A DNA stretch of 59,408 nucleotides, counting the filler. It is 4 parts of 4 records of this genome, joined end to end, with 100 filler letters (N's around TTAATTAATTAA, not from the genome) between each part and the next. Parts side by side here need not be neighbours in the genome. Positions count along the whole stretch, not along the records: positions 1 to 27,193 come from SRR31156797_1642; 3 more parts are not named here. One strand, given 5' to 3'. Shown in pieces: positions 11,277 to 21,058 of the stretch. The stretch's first letter is position 1; each line of letters opens with the position of its first letter. A program made the position numbers and the translations under genes. A model generated the notes under the pieces. It was not told where the DNA came from and did no database searches. It saw only the letters and a program-made list of their open reading frames with translations.

Positions 11277-12080
11277 TTATAAATACTTTTTATCTCTGAG
11301 GGCTACAAAGCCATTCACTAATAAATTCTTTTTATTAAAAGATAATTTCTTGTGACTTTCTGTACTAATGAATTGGAAATCAAGCTGATTTACAATGCCA
11401 AAACCTGCAGCAATATCCCATTCCATGCATGGTGAAAAACGAGGGTAGATATGTGCTTTGCCTTCTGCAAGTAATCCAATTTTTATAGCGCTACCTGCAG
11501 ATGTGGTATCTACATTTCTGGTTTGTTTAAGTTTTTCGATGTATTGCACTGTTGTGTCATCGAGGTGCGAGCGGGAAACAGCAACTTTTATGGTTTCATT
11601 ATCGTTCAGGTCACTGGGATTTAATGGTTTTACAGCTTTGAATATATCATTTACACTTTCTGTATTTTTACTTAATACTGATTTAAATGAACCATATCCG
11701 CTTTCTCCAAAATACACAATATCACTTGCAGGAGCCGCTATTACGCCTCCAATTGGGACATTATTTTCAATCAATGCAATATTGATAGTGAATTCACCAT
11801 TTTTCTTAATAAATTCTTTGGTTCCATCAAGTGGATCAACCATCCAGAATTGTTCCCATTGTAATCTTTCTTCGTGATCAGGAATTGGTTGTTCTTCGCT
11901 CAAAACAGGTAAACCGGTTTCCTCCAGAACTTGTCTAATTATTTTGTCAGCTTCTTTATCGGCAATAGTAACAGGACTTTGGTCTTCTTTCAATTCAACT
12001 TCAATTTCTCCGTCGTAATACTTCATGATAACTTTAGATGCTTCTAATGCAGCCTCTAAAGCGTGTCTGATATTTTCCAT
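11277..12080 (-). CDS. cysQ: 3'(2'),5'-bisphosphate nucleotidase CysQ
   Basis: SPVTIAD, LSEE, WMVDPLDGTKEF, SRSH, EWDIAAG. Confidence 0.92.
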   Translation of the reverse strand: MENIRHALEAALEASKVIMKYYDGEIEVELKEDQSPVTIADKEADKIIRQVLEETGLPVLSEEQPIPDHEERLQWEQFWMVDPLDGTKEFIKKNGEFTINIALIENNVPIGGVIAAPASDIVYFGESGYGSFKSVLSKNTESVNDIFKAVKPLNPSDLNDNETIKVAVSRSHLDDTTVQYIEKLKQTRNVDTTSAGSAIKIGLLAEGKAHIYPRFSPCMEWDIAAGFGIVNQLDFQFISTESHKKLSFNKKNLLVNGFVALRDKKYL

Positions 12081-12842
12081 TTAGTTTTGTAATTTGTTGG
12101 TTATTTCTATTTCTCCATTAATAATATTGAAAACATGCCATTTTCTTCCACTAGGTCCTCGGGGGATTTCAATGGTTCCAAGAAATTCATTATTGGCAAA
12201 TACTTTTACAGTTGCTTTTGATTTGCTGAGGTTAGATGAACTGGGATCATGTCTGTCTGAGTAATTGTAAACGTAGTATTCGTAATTGGCATTATCATCA
12301 ATATCATTTATTGTAATGGTTTCTGGACCATTTCCGTCTAAGTCATCTCGATCAAGTTGTCCTGTGCCATCACTTAAAACTTTAGTGTCCTGATAGGAGA
12401 TATGATAACCGCCTGATTTTTTGAAGTGAGCATCTAAATCTTCGGGTGATTCAAGCCAGTCAAGCACAATTCTCATGGATCCAAGCTCCAATTTGGGTGA
12501 CACTGAAAAGCGATTAAAGAAGATCATATCAGCAACTATCTCTACATCGAATTCACAAGTGATGTATCCATCTTTTTCTAAAGTAACTTTTAAATAGCCG
12601 TCTTCTTGATTCGGAAAACGTACTTTCCCCTCTTCGTCTGTAGTATACTCGCCAATGTCTTCAATAGCAACTGATGCTCCGGGTAAAGGGTCCCCAGTTT
12701 TAGCGTCAAAAAACCTAAGAGTTTGGTTATCATTATCAATGATTTCCATTTCATCATCGAGTACGTTACGCATTTTGTCTTTTTGACCAAAACTGATTGT
12801 CGTAGCAAATAGGAATATGCTAAGTATGATTAAATTTTTCAT
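12081..12842 (-). CDS. Secreted protein with a carboxypeptidase-regulatory-like domain and a YfaP/DUF2135-like domain
   Basis: Signal peptide, DAKTGDPLPGASV..TTDEEG beta-sandwich motif, IVLDW..DLDAH..LDRDD..GPETITI. Confidence 0.65.
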   Translation of the reverse strand: MKNLIILSIFLFATTISFGQKDKMRNVLDDEMEIIDNDNQTLRFFDAKTGDPLPGASVAIEDIGEYTTDEEGKVRFPNQEDGYLKVTLEKDGYITCEFDVEIVADMIFFNRFSVSPKLELGSMRIVLDWLESPEDLDAHFKKSGGYHISYQDTKVLSDGTGQLDRDDLDGNGPETITINDIDDNANYEYYVYNYSDRHDPSSSNLSKSKATVKVFANNEFLGTIEIPRGPSGRKWHVFNIINGEIEITNKLQN

Positions 12843-12864
12843 GATTTTGAGTCTTTTGATTTTA

Positions 12865-13887
12865 TTAATAGATTTTTCTTTTGTTCAGTGCCTTCCTATA
12901 TAATCTTGCATTTTCGTTATGCTGACGTAGTGTTCTGGCAAAAACGTGTTTGCCACTAAAATCATCTTTGGCGCAAAAGTAAAGATAATTGTGCGAATTT
13001 TTATTTAACACGCTGTTAATGGCTTGAATTGATGGCAGACTAATTGGTCCGGGAGGTAAACCTCCGTATTTATATGTATTATAAGGGGAGTCAATTTCGA
13101 GATGTTTATGTAAAACTCTTTTAAGTGAAAAATCTCCAACGGCATAAACTACTGTAGGGTCGGCTTGCAGCCTCATCCCTTTTTTTAGCCTGTTGTGGTA
13201 AACTCCTGCAATAGTACCGTATTCATCAATAATGCTGGTCTCTTTTTGAACTATGGACGCCAAAATGCTAACATCCAGCGGTGTAAGTCCAATTGAATTT
13301 GCTTTTTGTATTTTTTCTGGTGTCCAAAAACGTTTGTATTCCTTATGCATGCGTTCGAAAAGCTTCTCTGCACTTAGGTTCCAGTATACTTCATATGTGT
13401 TTGGCAGAAACATGCATAAAAAAGTTTCGTTGGTAAAACCAAATTTTTGGGCATATGCTGCATTATTTAAAAGTTGAACTATTTCTGTGCTATCAGGTTC
13501 AATTTGCTCGCTAAGTCTCTTTGCTAATTGATTTTTGGTTCTGATATTGTTGAAAGTGATGCGAACAGGAGTTTGTTCTCCTGACCTTAATAGCTCTACT
13601 AGCTCTTTATTATTTAACCCTGGCTTGATAATGTAGCGACCGCTATATATATGATTTGGTAGATTCATTTTTTTAGCGACCCAATCAAATGTCTCAATTT
13701 CACCTACTATTTTTCCTGAAGCTAGCTTTGATTTTACTGCTTCATAATCATCATTATGAGTAATAAAGAATGATGTTTCTTCTTTATGTCCAGTATTGGA
13801 TTTATAAATATATTTCCACCCCAGGAAACCAGCGACAGTGGCAAGGATAATGGTAATCAGGATAATGTAAAGTACTATGCGTTTCAT
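12865..13887 (-). CDS. mltG: Endolytic transglycosylase MltG
   Basis: LASIVQKET, YHNRL..MRLQADPTV, SPYNTY..GLPPGPI, YLYFCA. Confidence 0.95.
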   Translation of the reverse strand: MKRIVLYIILITIILATVAGFLGWKYIYKSNTGHKEETSFFITHNDDYEAVKSKLASGKIVGEIETFDWVAKKMNLPNHIYSGRYIIKPGLNNKELVELLRSGEQTPVRITFNNIRTKNQLAKRLSEQIEPDSTEIVQLLNNAAYAQKFGFTNETFLCMFLPNTYEVYWNLSAEKLFERMHKEYKRFWTPEKIQKANSIGLTPLDVSILASIVQKETSIIDEYGTIAGVYHNRLKKGMRLQADPTVVYAVGDFSLKRVLHKHLEIDSPYNTYKYGGLPPGPISLPSIQAINSVLNKNSHNYLYFCAKDDFSGKHVFARTLRQHNENARLYRKALNKRKIY

Positions 13888-13902
13888 ATATGCTTAAAAA
13901 TT

Positions 13903-14697
13903 CTACAAGTATTCAAATATATTCAATAATTTCATTGCAAACAGAATAATAATTACGATTAAAAACCATCGCACAAATCCTGCACCTTTCTTAATTGCTA
14001 GTTGTGAGGCAAATATCCCACCAATTAGATTTCCTATCGCTGCAATTAGTCCTAAATGGTAGTTTATTTCACCATTTATCATAAACACTGCTAGTGCAAA
14101 AGGTGCATACAAAAATACAGATAGCACTTTAATTGCGTTTGCTTTTACCAGGTCATATCCTGCGGCTAATACAAGAACTGCTAATAAGATTATGCCAACA
14201 CCAATATGGATAAATCCGCCATAAACACCCGTGAAAAATAATAATAAATACTGCCACCACCCTAATTTTTTTCTGTTCAGCTTTTCTTGTCCTTTAATCC
14301 ATTTGGCAGGGTCGAAAAAGATGAAAACTACCATGAAAATTAATACTGCTGCTAAAACTTTTTCAAACACATCATGGGGAATACTAACTGCAATTTGGGC
14401 GCCTGCCACAGAACCTAGTATAATGGGTAAACTGATAAAAAAACCTTTTCTTAATTCAAGCAGCTTAGCCTTTTTAAATGTAAGTGTTGCTGCCATTGTT
14501 TGCATGATTACACCAATGCGAATAGTTCCATTAGCTACATTTGCAGGTAGTCCCATAAGCATAAAAAGACTGTAAGTAATTACAGTTCCGCTACCTGCAA
14601 TAGTATTTACAACACCCACAAGGAAACCTGCAAATATAAGTAGTGCAATGGCTTCCCATGACCAGGGGTCAAGGTTAAGGAAAAATTCTGCAAGCAT
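13903..14697 (-). CDS. TauE/SafE (TSUP) family sulfite exporter-like membrane protein
   Basis: AGFLVGVVNTIAGSG, VANGT, GVYGGF..GVG, ANAIK; hydrophobic throughout. Confidence 0.88.
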   Translation of the reverse strand: MLAEFFLNLDPWSWEAIALLIFAGFLVGVVNTIAGSGTVITYSLFMLMGLPANVANGTIRIGVIMQTMAATLTFKKAKLLELRKGFFISLPIILGSVAGAQIAVSIPHDVFEKVLAAVLIFMVVFIFFDPAKWIKGQEKLNRKKLGWWQYLLLFFTGVYGGFIHIGVGIILLAVLVLAAGYDLVKANAIKVLSVFLYAPFALAVFMINGEINYHLGLIAAIGNLIGGIFASQLAIKKGAGFVRWFLIVIIILFAMKLLNIFEYL

Positions 14698-14712
14698 ATT
14701 CTAGGGGTATAA

Positions 14713-14744
14713 TAAAACTTCGCAACAAATGCTGCGAAGTTTTA
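14713..14744 (-). terminator. Terminator hairpin after pepD
   Basis: TAAAACTTCGCA-N8-TGCGAAGTTTTA perfect 12-bp stem. Confidence 0.7.
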
Positions 14745-14758
14745 ACATGGATTTGTTA

Positions 14759-16222
14759 TTATTTTTTCTTTGGAATTTTGGTTAAAGTATCTAACAGTAA
14801 ATCCCAGAATTTTTGAGTTGTTTCAATATTTATTCTTTCATCTGGTGAATGTGCTCCTTTAATGGTTGGTCCATAAGAAATCATATCCAAATGAGGGTAC
14901 TTTTCAAGAAATAGACCACATTCCAATCCAGCATGAATTGCCCTTACTATTGGCTCTTGCTTGAATAATTTTTTGTATGAAGTCTTAGTAATTTTCAAGA
15001 TATCTGAATCAGTATTTGGCTGCCATCCAGGATATCCATCAGTATGTCTCACATTTGCTCCTGCTAATCTGAAAACAGAGGCAATGCTTTCTTTGGCATC
15101 ATTGATTGCTGAATCAACTGAACTTCTTTGAGATGTAACTATTTCAATAATGTTGTTTTCTTTCATTTTAACACTTGCAAGGTTAGTTGAGGTTTCAACT
15201 AAGCCTTCAATATCTCTGCTCATTTCAAATACACCATGGCGTACTCCCTGAAGTGCATTAATAAGTTTTCGTTGCGTTTTTTTGTCAACAAGGAAAGTAG
15301 GCTTTTGATCCTTTACTAGTGCAACATTAAGTTTAGGTTCTGTTGTTTTTAGTTCATTTTTAACTTCAGCTTCAAATTTTGCGAAGTATTTTTCGAGGTC
15401 CTTTACATATTTTTCATCAACTGTAAATACTAAAGAAGATTCTCTTGGAATAGCGTTTCTTAAATTTCCACCATCGAATGATGCTAGTCTGGCTTTGAAT
15501 TTATTTTGAGCACCCAAAAAGAAACGTGTTGCAATTTTTACACTATTTCCAAGTCCTTTATGGATTTCATCACCACTGTGTCCACCGTTTAATCCGGTCA
15601 CATTAAAAGTATATGGTGTATGATTTTTTTTAAGTCCTTTTTTCTTATAGTTCATTGTTGCCACAGTGTCAATTCCACCAGCGCAACCTATAAAAAGCTC
15701 ACCTTCATCTTCGGAATCCAGGTTGATTAGATAATTAGCCTTAAAGAAATTTGATTCAAGTGCAAAGGCACCGGTAAGGCCTGTTTCTTCATCAACAGTA
15801 AATAGACATTCAATTGGTCCGTGTTCGATATTTTCATCAGTAAGCACAGCCATCTGCGCTGCCATGCCAATACCATCATCAGCACCTAAAGTAGTCCCAT
15901 TAGCTTTTACCCATTCACCATCAATAACAGGCTCAATTGGATCTTTATCGAAATTATGTTTTTTGTCTTTATTGGCCTCGCAAACCATATCCATATGGCT
16001 TTGCAAAACAACGGTTTCCAAATCTTCATAACCTTTGGTTGCAGGCTTTGAAATTAAGACATTCCCTGCTTTGTCAACATCGTGTTTTAAATTATGCTTT
16101 TTGGCAAAATCAACGAGAAATTTTATAATTTTTTCTTCTTTCTTGGATGGTCTTGGCACCTGACAAATTTCTTCAAAATAAGACCATACGAGCTTTGGTT
16201 CTAGATTAGTGAGTTTGTTCAT
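14759..16222 (-). CDS. pepD: Aminoacyl-histidine dipeptidase (M20C)
   Basis: PRPSKKE, LQSHMDMV, TTLGADDGIG, DEETGL, NLDSED, GGHSG, IHAGLECG, HSPDE. Confidence 0.95.
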   Translation of the reverse strand: MNKLTNLEPKLVWSYFEEICQVPRPSKKEEKIIKFLVDFAKKHNLKHDVDKAGNVLISKPATKGYEDLETVVLQSHMDMVCEANKDKKHNFDKDPIEPVIDGEWVKANGTTLGADDGIGMAAQMAVLTDENIEHGPIECLFTVDEETGLTGAFALESNFFKANYLINLDSEDEGELFIGCAGGIDTVATMNYKKKGLKKNHTPYTFNVTGLNGGHSGDEIHKGLGNSVKIATRFFLGAQNKFKARLASFDGGNLRNAIPRESSLVFTVDEKYVKDLEKYFAKFEAEVKNELKTTEPKLNVALVKDQKPTFLVDKKTQRKLINALQGVRHGVFEMSRDIEGLVETSTNLASVKMKENNIIEIVTSQRSSVDSAINDAKESIASVFRLAGANVRHTDGYPGWQPNTDSDILKITKTSYKKLFKQEPIVRAIHAGLECGLFLEKYPHLDMISYGPTIKGAHSPDERINIETTQKFWDLLLDTLTKIPKKK

Positions 16223-16375
16223 ATTTTTTTAACACAAATTTAATGAAAGTAATCGAAAATATATTTTGCAGTTAGAAAAATTTATCAGAAATTTACGTCT
16301 TTGTAAGCGACAGTTTTACAGGATTTTATAAGTCGCCGTTAATTTTCTCTTTTGTTATATTTATAATTGTCTATT

Positions 16376-18331
16376 ATGAGCTATTTGAAATTTGAAAAAT
16401 CAAAACTCGTGAACCTAGAGTATTCTTTGGATCGCGAATTGTTACGAACTAACAGAAAGGGTTCATATGCTTGTTCCAGTATAATTGATTGTAATACGCG
16501 TAAGTATCATGGTTTGCTAGTTACAGAAGTGCCTGAAATTGATGAAGGTAAGCATGTGCTGCTCAATGATCTTGATGCCACAATTATACATAACGAATTG
16601 GAATTTAATTTGGGCATTCATAAATATGCAGGAGGAGTTTATCAGCCTAAAGGACATAAGTATGTACAGGATTTTGAAGCTGAAGATATTCCGAAATTAA
16701 CTTATAATGTGGGAGATGTAGTTATTCGAAAAGAGAAAATTTTGGATAATGAACATGATCGCATTTTAATTCGTTATGAGGTTGTCGACACCTCTTCACC
16801 AATTAAGCTTAGACTTAGACCATTCTTGACCTTCAGAAATGTTCATAGTTTAAGTAAAGCCAATATGTATGCCAATACTCGTATTGAGATGGTCAGGAAT
16901 GGCATTCGTATGAAACTGTATGAAGGTTATCCATTTTTATATATGCAAATCAACAGTGAACCTGAATATATTCATGTACCTGATTGGTATTATGGTGTTG
17001 AGTATGGTGAAGAGCAAGTTCGTGGATACGATTATCAAGAGGATTTGTTTACTCCGGGTTTTTTCGAAATAAAGTTACGTAAAAAAGAGAGTATTGTTTT
17101 TGCTGCCGGAACAGATGAAATGAAACCGACCGGTATTAAGCATAGGTTTACCAGCTTAAGAAAAAGTCGTACACCAAGATTAAGTTTTGAGAACTGTCTA
17201 ATAAACAGTGCACAACAGTTTATTGAAAGACACCACAAAACAACTAGTATGGTTTCTGGTTATCCATGGTATGGAAGTGATGCACGTTTTACAATGATTT
17301 CACTACCAGGTATCACTTTATCGATTGATGACGTGGATAGTTGCAAAAAGGTATTGAATACTTTTATTAGAAGAATGAGTGGGCCAATGTTTCCTTCCAC
17401 ATTATCAGTTGATAATGAGCGGTTTGAGCAGGTGGATTCGCCTTTGTGGTTTTTCTATACACTTCAAGAGCTAGAAAAAGCTGAACCAAGGCTGAATATC
17501 TGGGAAAAATACGGTGAAACAATGAAAACGATCATCAATGGTTATCGTAATGGTACCATGGACATAGTGAAGATGAATGATTATGGTTTAATCTATGGAG
17601 GTGATAATGATAAACCTCTTACATGGATGAATGCCCTGGTTAAAGAGAAAGCAGTGACACCACGGAAAGGAATGGCAGTGGAAGTGCAGGCTTTATGGTA
17701 TAATGCAATAAACTATGCCATTGAAAAAGCAGAGGAGAATGGTGATGAGGAGTTTACAAAAGAATGGAGCTATTATCTGGATGTGATCAAAAACTCATTT
17801 ATCTCAAGATTTTGGAATGATAAAGGTTATTTAGCTGATTATGCTTCAACCAAGGAAGTTTATTGGGATGTGACTCCAAATCAAATAATTGCAGCAGCAT
17901 TGCCTTATAGTATGTTAACAGACGAACAAAAAGAAGCTGTAATTAAAACAGTGCGTCAGCAGTTGCTAACACCAAGAGGTTTAAGGACTTTATCTCCGGC
18001 ACATCCTGAATATCAGCCACATTATTATGGTAATCAGTTTGATCGCGATAGGGCATTACATAAAGGAACAGCCTGGCCCTGGTTGATGGAATATTATGTG
18101 AAAGCAATTTATAATCTATATGGTCTGGACGCATTGGATGAGATTCTTGAGATATATCATTCATTTGAAGACGATATGACGAATCATGGTATTGGAACAA
18201 TAGCGGAGATTTATGATGGTGATCCGCCGCATGAAGCAAGGGGAGCAATATCTTTTGCTCCAAGTATAGGTGCATTATTGCAGATTAGATTAATAATTCA
18301 AGAGTTGCTTGTAAAAAAGCAAACTAAATAG
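16376..18331 (+). CDS. Glycogen-debranching-enzyme family protein (GDE_N plus amylo-alpha-1,6-glucosidase (alpha/alpha)6 domain)
   Basis: NTRKYHGLL, GYPW, VDSPLWF, LTWMNA, EVQALWYNA, LLTPRGLRTL, GTAWPWL, EIYDGDPPH; ATG at 16376 chosen as start. Confidence 0.85.
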   Translation: MSYLKFEKSKLVNLEYSLDRELLRTNRKGSYACSSIIDCNTRKYHGLLVTEVPEIDEGKHVLLNDLDATIIHNELEFNLGIHKYAGGVYQPKGHKYVQDFEAEDIPKLTYNVGDVVIRKEKILDNEHDRILIRYEVVDTSSPIKLRLRPFLTFRNVHSLSKANMYANTRIEMVRNGIRMKLYEGYPFLYMQINSEPEYIHVPDWYYGVEYGEEQVRGYDYQEDLFTPGFFEIKLRKKESIVFAAGTDEMKPTGIKHRFTSLRKSRTPRLSFENCLINSAQQFIERHHKTTSMVSGYPWYGSDARFTMISLPGITLSIDDVDSCKKVLNTFIRRMSGPMFPSTLSVDNERFEQVDSPLWFFYTLQELEKAEPRLNIWEKYGETMKTIINGYRNGTMDIVKMNDYGLIYGGDNDKPLTWMNALVKEKAVTPRKGMAVEVQALWYNAINYAIEKAEENGDEEFTKEWSYYLDVIKNSFISRFWNDKGYLADYASTKEVYWDVTPNQIIAAALPYSMLTDEQKEAVIKTVRQQLLTPRGLRTLSPAHPEYQPHYYGNQFDRDRALHKGTAWPWLMEYYVKAIYNLYGLDALDEILEIYHSFEDDMTNHGIGTIAEIYDGDPPHEARGAISFAPSIGALLQIRLIIQELLVKKQTK

Positions 18332-18355
18332 GGACAACTAAAAACGGTTATTTTA

Positions 18356-19654
18356 ATGAGAGTATTAATGTTTGGTTGGGAGTTTCCTCCTCACATCAGT
18401 GGTGGACTTGGAACAGCTTGTTACGGTTTAACTAAAGGACTCGCAAACCACGGGATTGACATCGATTTTGTAGTGCCAAAAGCCTATGGCGATGAAGATC
18501 AGTCGATCGGTAATTTTCATTCGGCTGGCGATGTTGAATTCGACGTGCGTGAAAAAAGTATCAAAGAGTTTTGGGATAAGATTAAATATCTCGAAATAGG
18601 TTCAAACCTAATTCCTTATGTATCACCGGAGGAATTTGAGCGTATTATGTCTACAGATGCTCTTACATCTGATGAAATTGAGAATAAAGTATTGTCTACC
18701 AAATTTAAGTTTTCAGGTAAATATGGTACAGACCTTATGGAAGAGGTTAGTCGCTATGCATTAATTGCTGCTGTATTAGCTAAAAATCTCGAATTTGATA
18801 TTATTCATGCACATGATTGGCTTACTTATGGCGCTGGTATTGCAGCAAAACAAGTGAGTGGCAAGCCATTGGTTGTGCACATGCATGCTACTGAGTTTGA
18901 CAGAAGTGGTTCGGGCGTAAATCAAAATGTTTATGATATTGAGCGCAGGGGCATGACGATGGCTGATAAAGTAATAACTGTAAGTAACCTTACCAAACGC
19001 ACCGTTAATGAGAAGTATGGTATACCCTTAGACAAAATTACAACTGTATATAATGCGGTTGAACCCAAACATATGGTTCATGGTGAAGGAGAAAGAGGTG
19101 TGAAAGAAAAAGTTGTTACATTTTTAGGTCGAATTACGTTCCAAAAAGGCCCTGATTATTTTGTGGAAGCTGCATACAAAGTATTGCAAAAAGACCGAAA
19201 TGTAAGATTTGTAATGGCTGGAAGTGGTGATATGTTAAATCGTATAATCAGGCGTGTAGCCGAGCTCGGTATATCTGACCATTTCCATTTTACAGGATTT
19301 CTTAAAGGTGATGATGTACATAAAATGTTTTCTTTGAGTGATGTTTATGTAATGCCTTCAGTATCAGAGCCATTTGGGATTTCGCCTTTGGAGGCCATGC
19401 GTTCAAATGTACCGGTAATTATTTCAAAACAATCAGGTGTTGCCGAAATATTGGATTATGCCGTAAAGGTCGATTTCTGGGATATTGATGCCATGGCTGA
19501 TGCCATTTATGGATTGATAAATTACAAAGGTGTTTCTCAATTGTTCCGCAGTTTTGGAAAAGAGGAGGTTGATAGTTTAAAATGGGATAATGCAGCAGAA
19601 AATGTAATTGATGTTTATAATCGTGTGTTGGAAGAATTTAATGCACAAAAGTGA
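18356..19654 (+). CDS. GT4 glycosyltransferase (glycogen-cluster type)
   Basis: MFGWEFPPHISGGLG, IHAHDW, HATEFDR, GRITFQKG, PSVSEPFGISPLEA. Confidence 0.92.
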   Translation: MRVLMFGWEFPPHISGGLGTACYGLTKGLANHGIDIDFVVPKAYGDEDQSIGNFHSAGDVEFDVREKSIKEFWDKIKYLEIGSNLIPYVSPEEFERIMSTDALTSDEIENKVLSTKFKFSGKYGTDLMEEVSRYALIAAVLAKNLEFDIIHAHDWLTYGAGIAAKQVSGKPLVVHMHATEFDRSGSGVNQNVYDIERRGMTMADKVITVSNLTKRTVNEKYGIPLDKITTVYNAVEPKHMVHGEGERGVKEKVVTFLGRITFQKGPDYFVEAAYKVLQKDRNVRFVMAGSGDMLNRIIRRVAELGISDHFHFTGFLKGDDVHKMFSLSDVYVMPSVSEPFGISPLEAMRSNVPVIISKQSGVAEILDYAVKVDFWDIDAMADAIYGLINYKGVSQLFRSFGKEEVDSLKWDNAAENVIDVYNRVLEEFNAQK

Positions 19655-19693
19655 TTACCCCTAATTATTTCGAATATTAAAAAAAAATAAACG

Positions 19694-20980
19694 ATGAAAA
19701 AGATTTGCTTTTATTTTCAGGTACACCAACCGTTTAGATTACGTCCATACAGATTTTTTGATATAGGTCGCATCCATGACTACTACGATAATTTTGCCAA
19801 TCAAAATATTATGCAAAAAATAGCCAATAAGTGCTATATACCAATGAATAAGTTATTATTGGAATTAATTGAAAAATACGAAGGCAAATTCAAAGTTTCA
19901 TTTTCTATAAGTGGTGTGGCACTGGACCAAATGGAGATGTATGCCCCTGAAGCATTAGAAGGGTTTAAGAAATTAGCTAAAACAGGTCATGTGGAGTTTT
20001 TAGCCGAAACATATGCGCATTCACTTTCATCTCTTACTGATAGAGAAGAGTTTGAAATTCAGGTTAAAAACCATGTGAAAAAGATTAAACAGCTTTTCAA
20101 ACAAACACCTAAAGTATTCAGAAATACTGAGCTCATTTATTCTGATGAAATCGGAAGTTTAATTTCTGAGATGGGTTATAAGGGAATACTTACTGAAGGA
20201 GCTAAACATATAATGGCGTGGAAAAGCCCTAACTATTTGTATAGCAACACAATAGATCCTAAGCTTAAGGTTTTATTAAAGAACTATCAATTGAGTGATG
20301 ATATAGCATTCCGCTTTTCAAATCAAGGATGGGAGCAATGGCCTTTGACTACAGAAAAATATATAGGTTGGCTAAAGGCAATTGATAAGAAAGATGAGAT
20401 TGTAAATCTTTTCATGGACTATGAGACTTTTGGAGAGCACCAATGGGCTGAAACTGGAATTTTTGAATTCATGAAAGCGCTACCTGAAGCGATTTTTAAT
20501 TATACAGATATGGAATTTGTAACTCCTTCAGAAGCTATTGAGCAATTGCAATCTGTAGGTCCATTACACATTCCAGATCCTATTTCTTGGGCTGATGAAG
20601 AACGTGACCTGACTGCCTGGTTAGGTAACGAATTACAAGATGATGCCTTTGAGCAATTATACTCGCTCTGGAAAATTGTTAGGGCATCTAAAGATCCTGA
20701 TATAATTAGGGATTGGAGATATCTACAGACCAGTGATCATTTTTATTATATGTGCACAAAATGGTTCTCTGATGGTGATGTTCATAAATATTTTAACCCT
20801 TATGATTCACCATATGAAGCATATATGAATTTTATGAATATTCTAAGCGATTTCAAAATCAGATTGGGAGCAACAGCAGATGAAAAATCAGAAATTGAAC
20901 GCTTAAGAAAATTAACTGAACAACAAGAAGAAAAGATCCGGGAGTTGAATGAGAAAATTGGTGAAGCTCACCGGAAGTAA
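19694..20980 (+). CDS. GH57 alpha-amylase-family protein
   Basis: FQVHQP, ETYAHSL, FRNTELIY (nucleophile Glu), FMDYETFGEH (acid/base Asp), SWADEERD, QTSDHFYYM. Confidence 0.93.
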   Translation: MKKICFYFQVHQPFRLRPYRFFDIGRIHDYYDNFANQNIMQKIANKCYIPMNKLLLELIEKYEGKFKVSFSISGVALDQMEMYAPEALEGFKKLAKTGHVEFLAETYAHSLSSLTDREEFEIQVKNHVKKIKQLFKQTPKVFRNTELIYSDEIGSLISEMGYKGILTEGAKHIMAWKSPNYLYSNTIDPKLKVLLKNYQLSDDIAFRFSNQGWEQWPLTTEKYIGWLKAIDKKDEIVNLFMDYETFGEHQWAETGIFEFMKALPEAIFNYTDMEFVTPSEAIEQLQSVGPLHIPDPISWADEERDLTAWLGNELQDDAFEQLYSLWKIVRASKDPDIIRDWRYLQTSDHFYYMCTKWFSDGDVHKYFNPYDSPYEAYMNFMNILSDFKIRLGATADEKSEIERLRKLTEQQEEKIRELNEKIGEAHRK

Positions 20981-21058
20981 CTACTGCGGTTTATGAGTTG
21001 TTAAATAGCATGAATACAGTATTTTTTATTGTAAGATTAACTAAAAATTTTAATTAAA

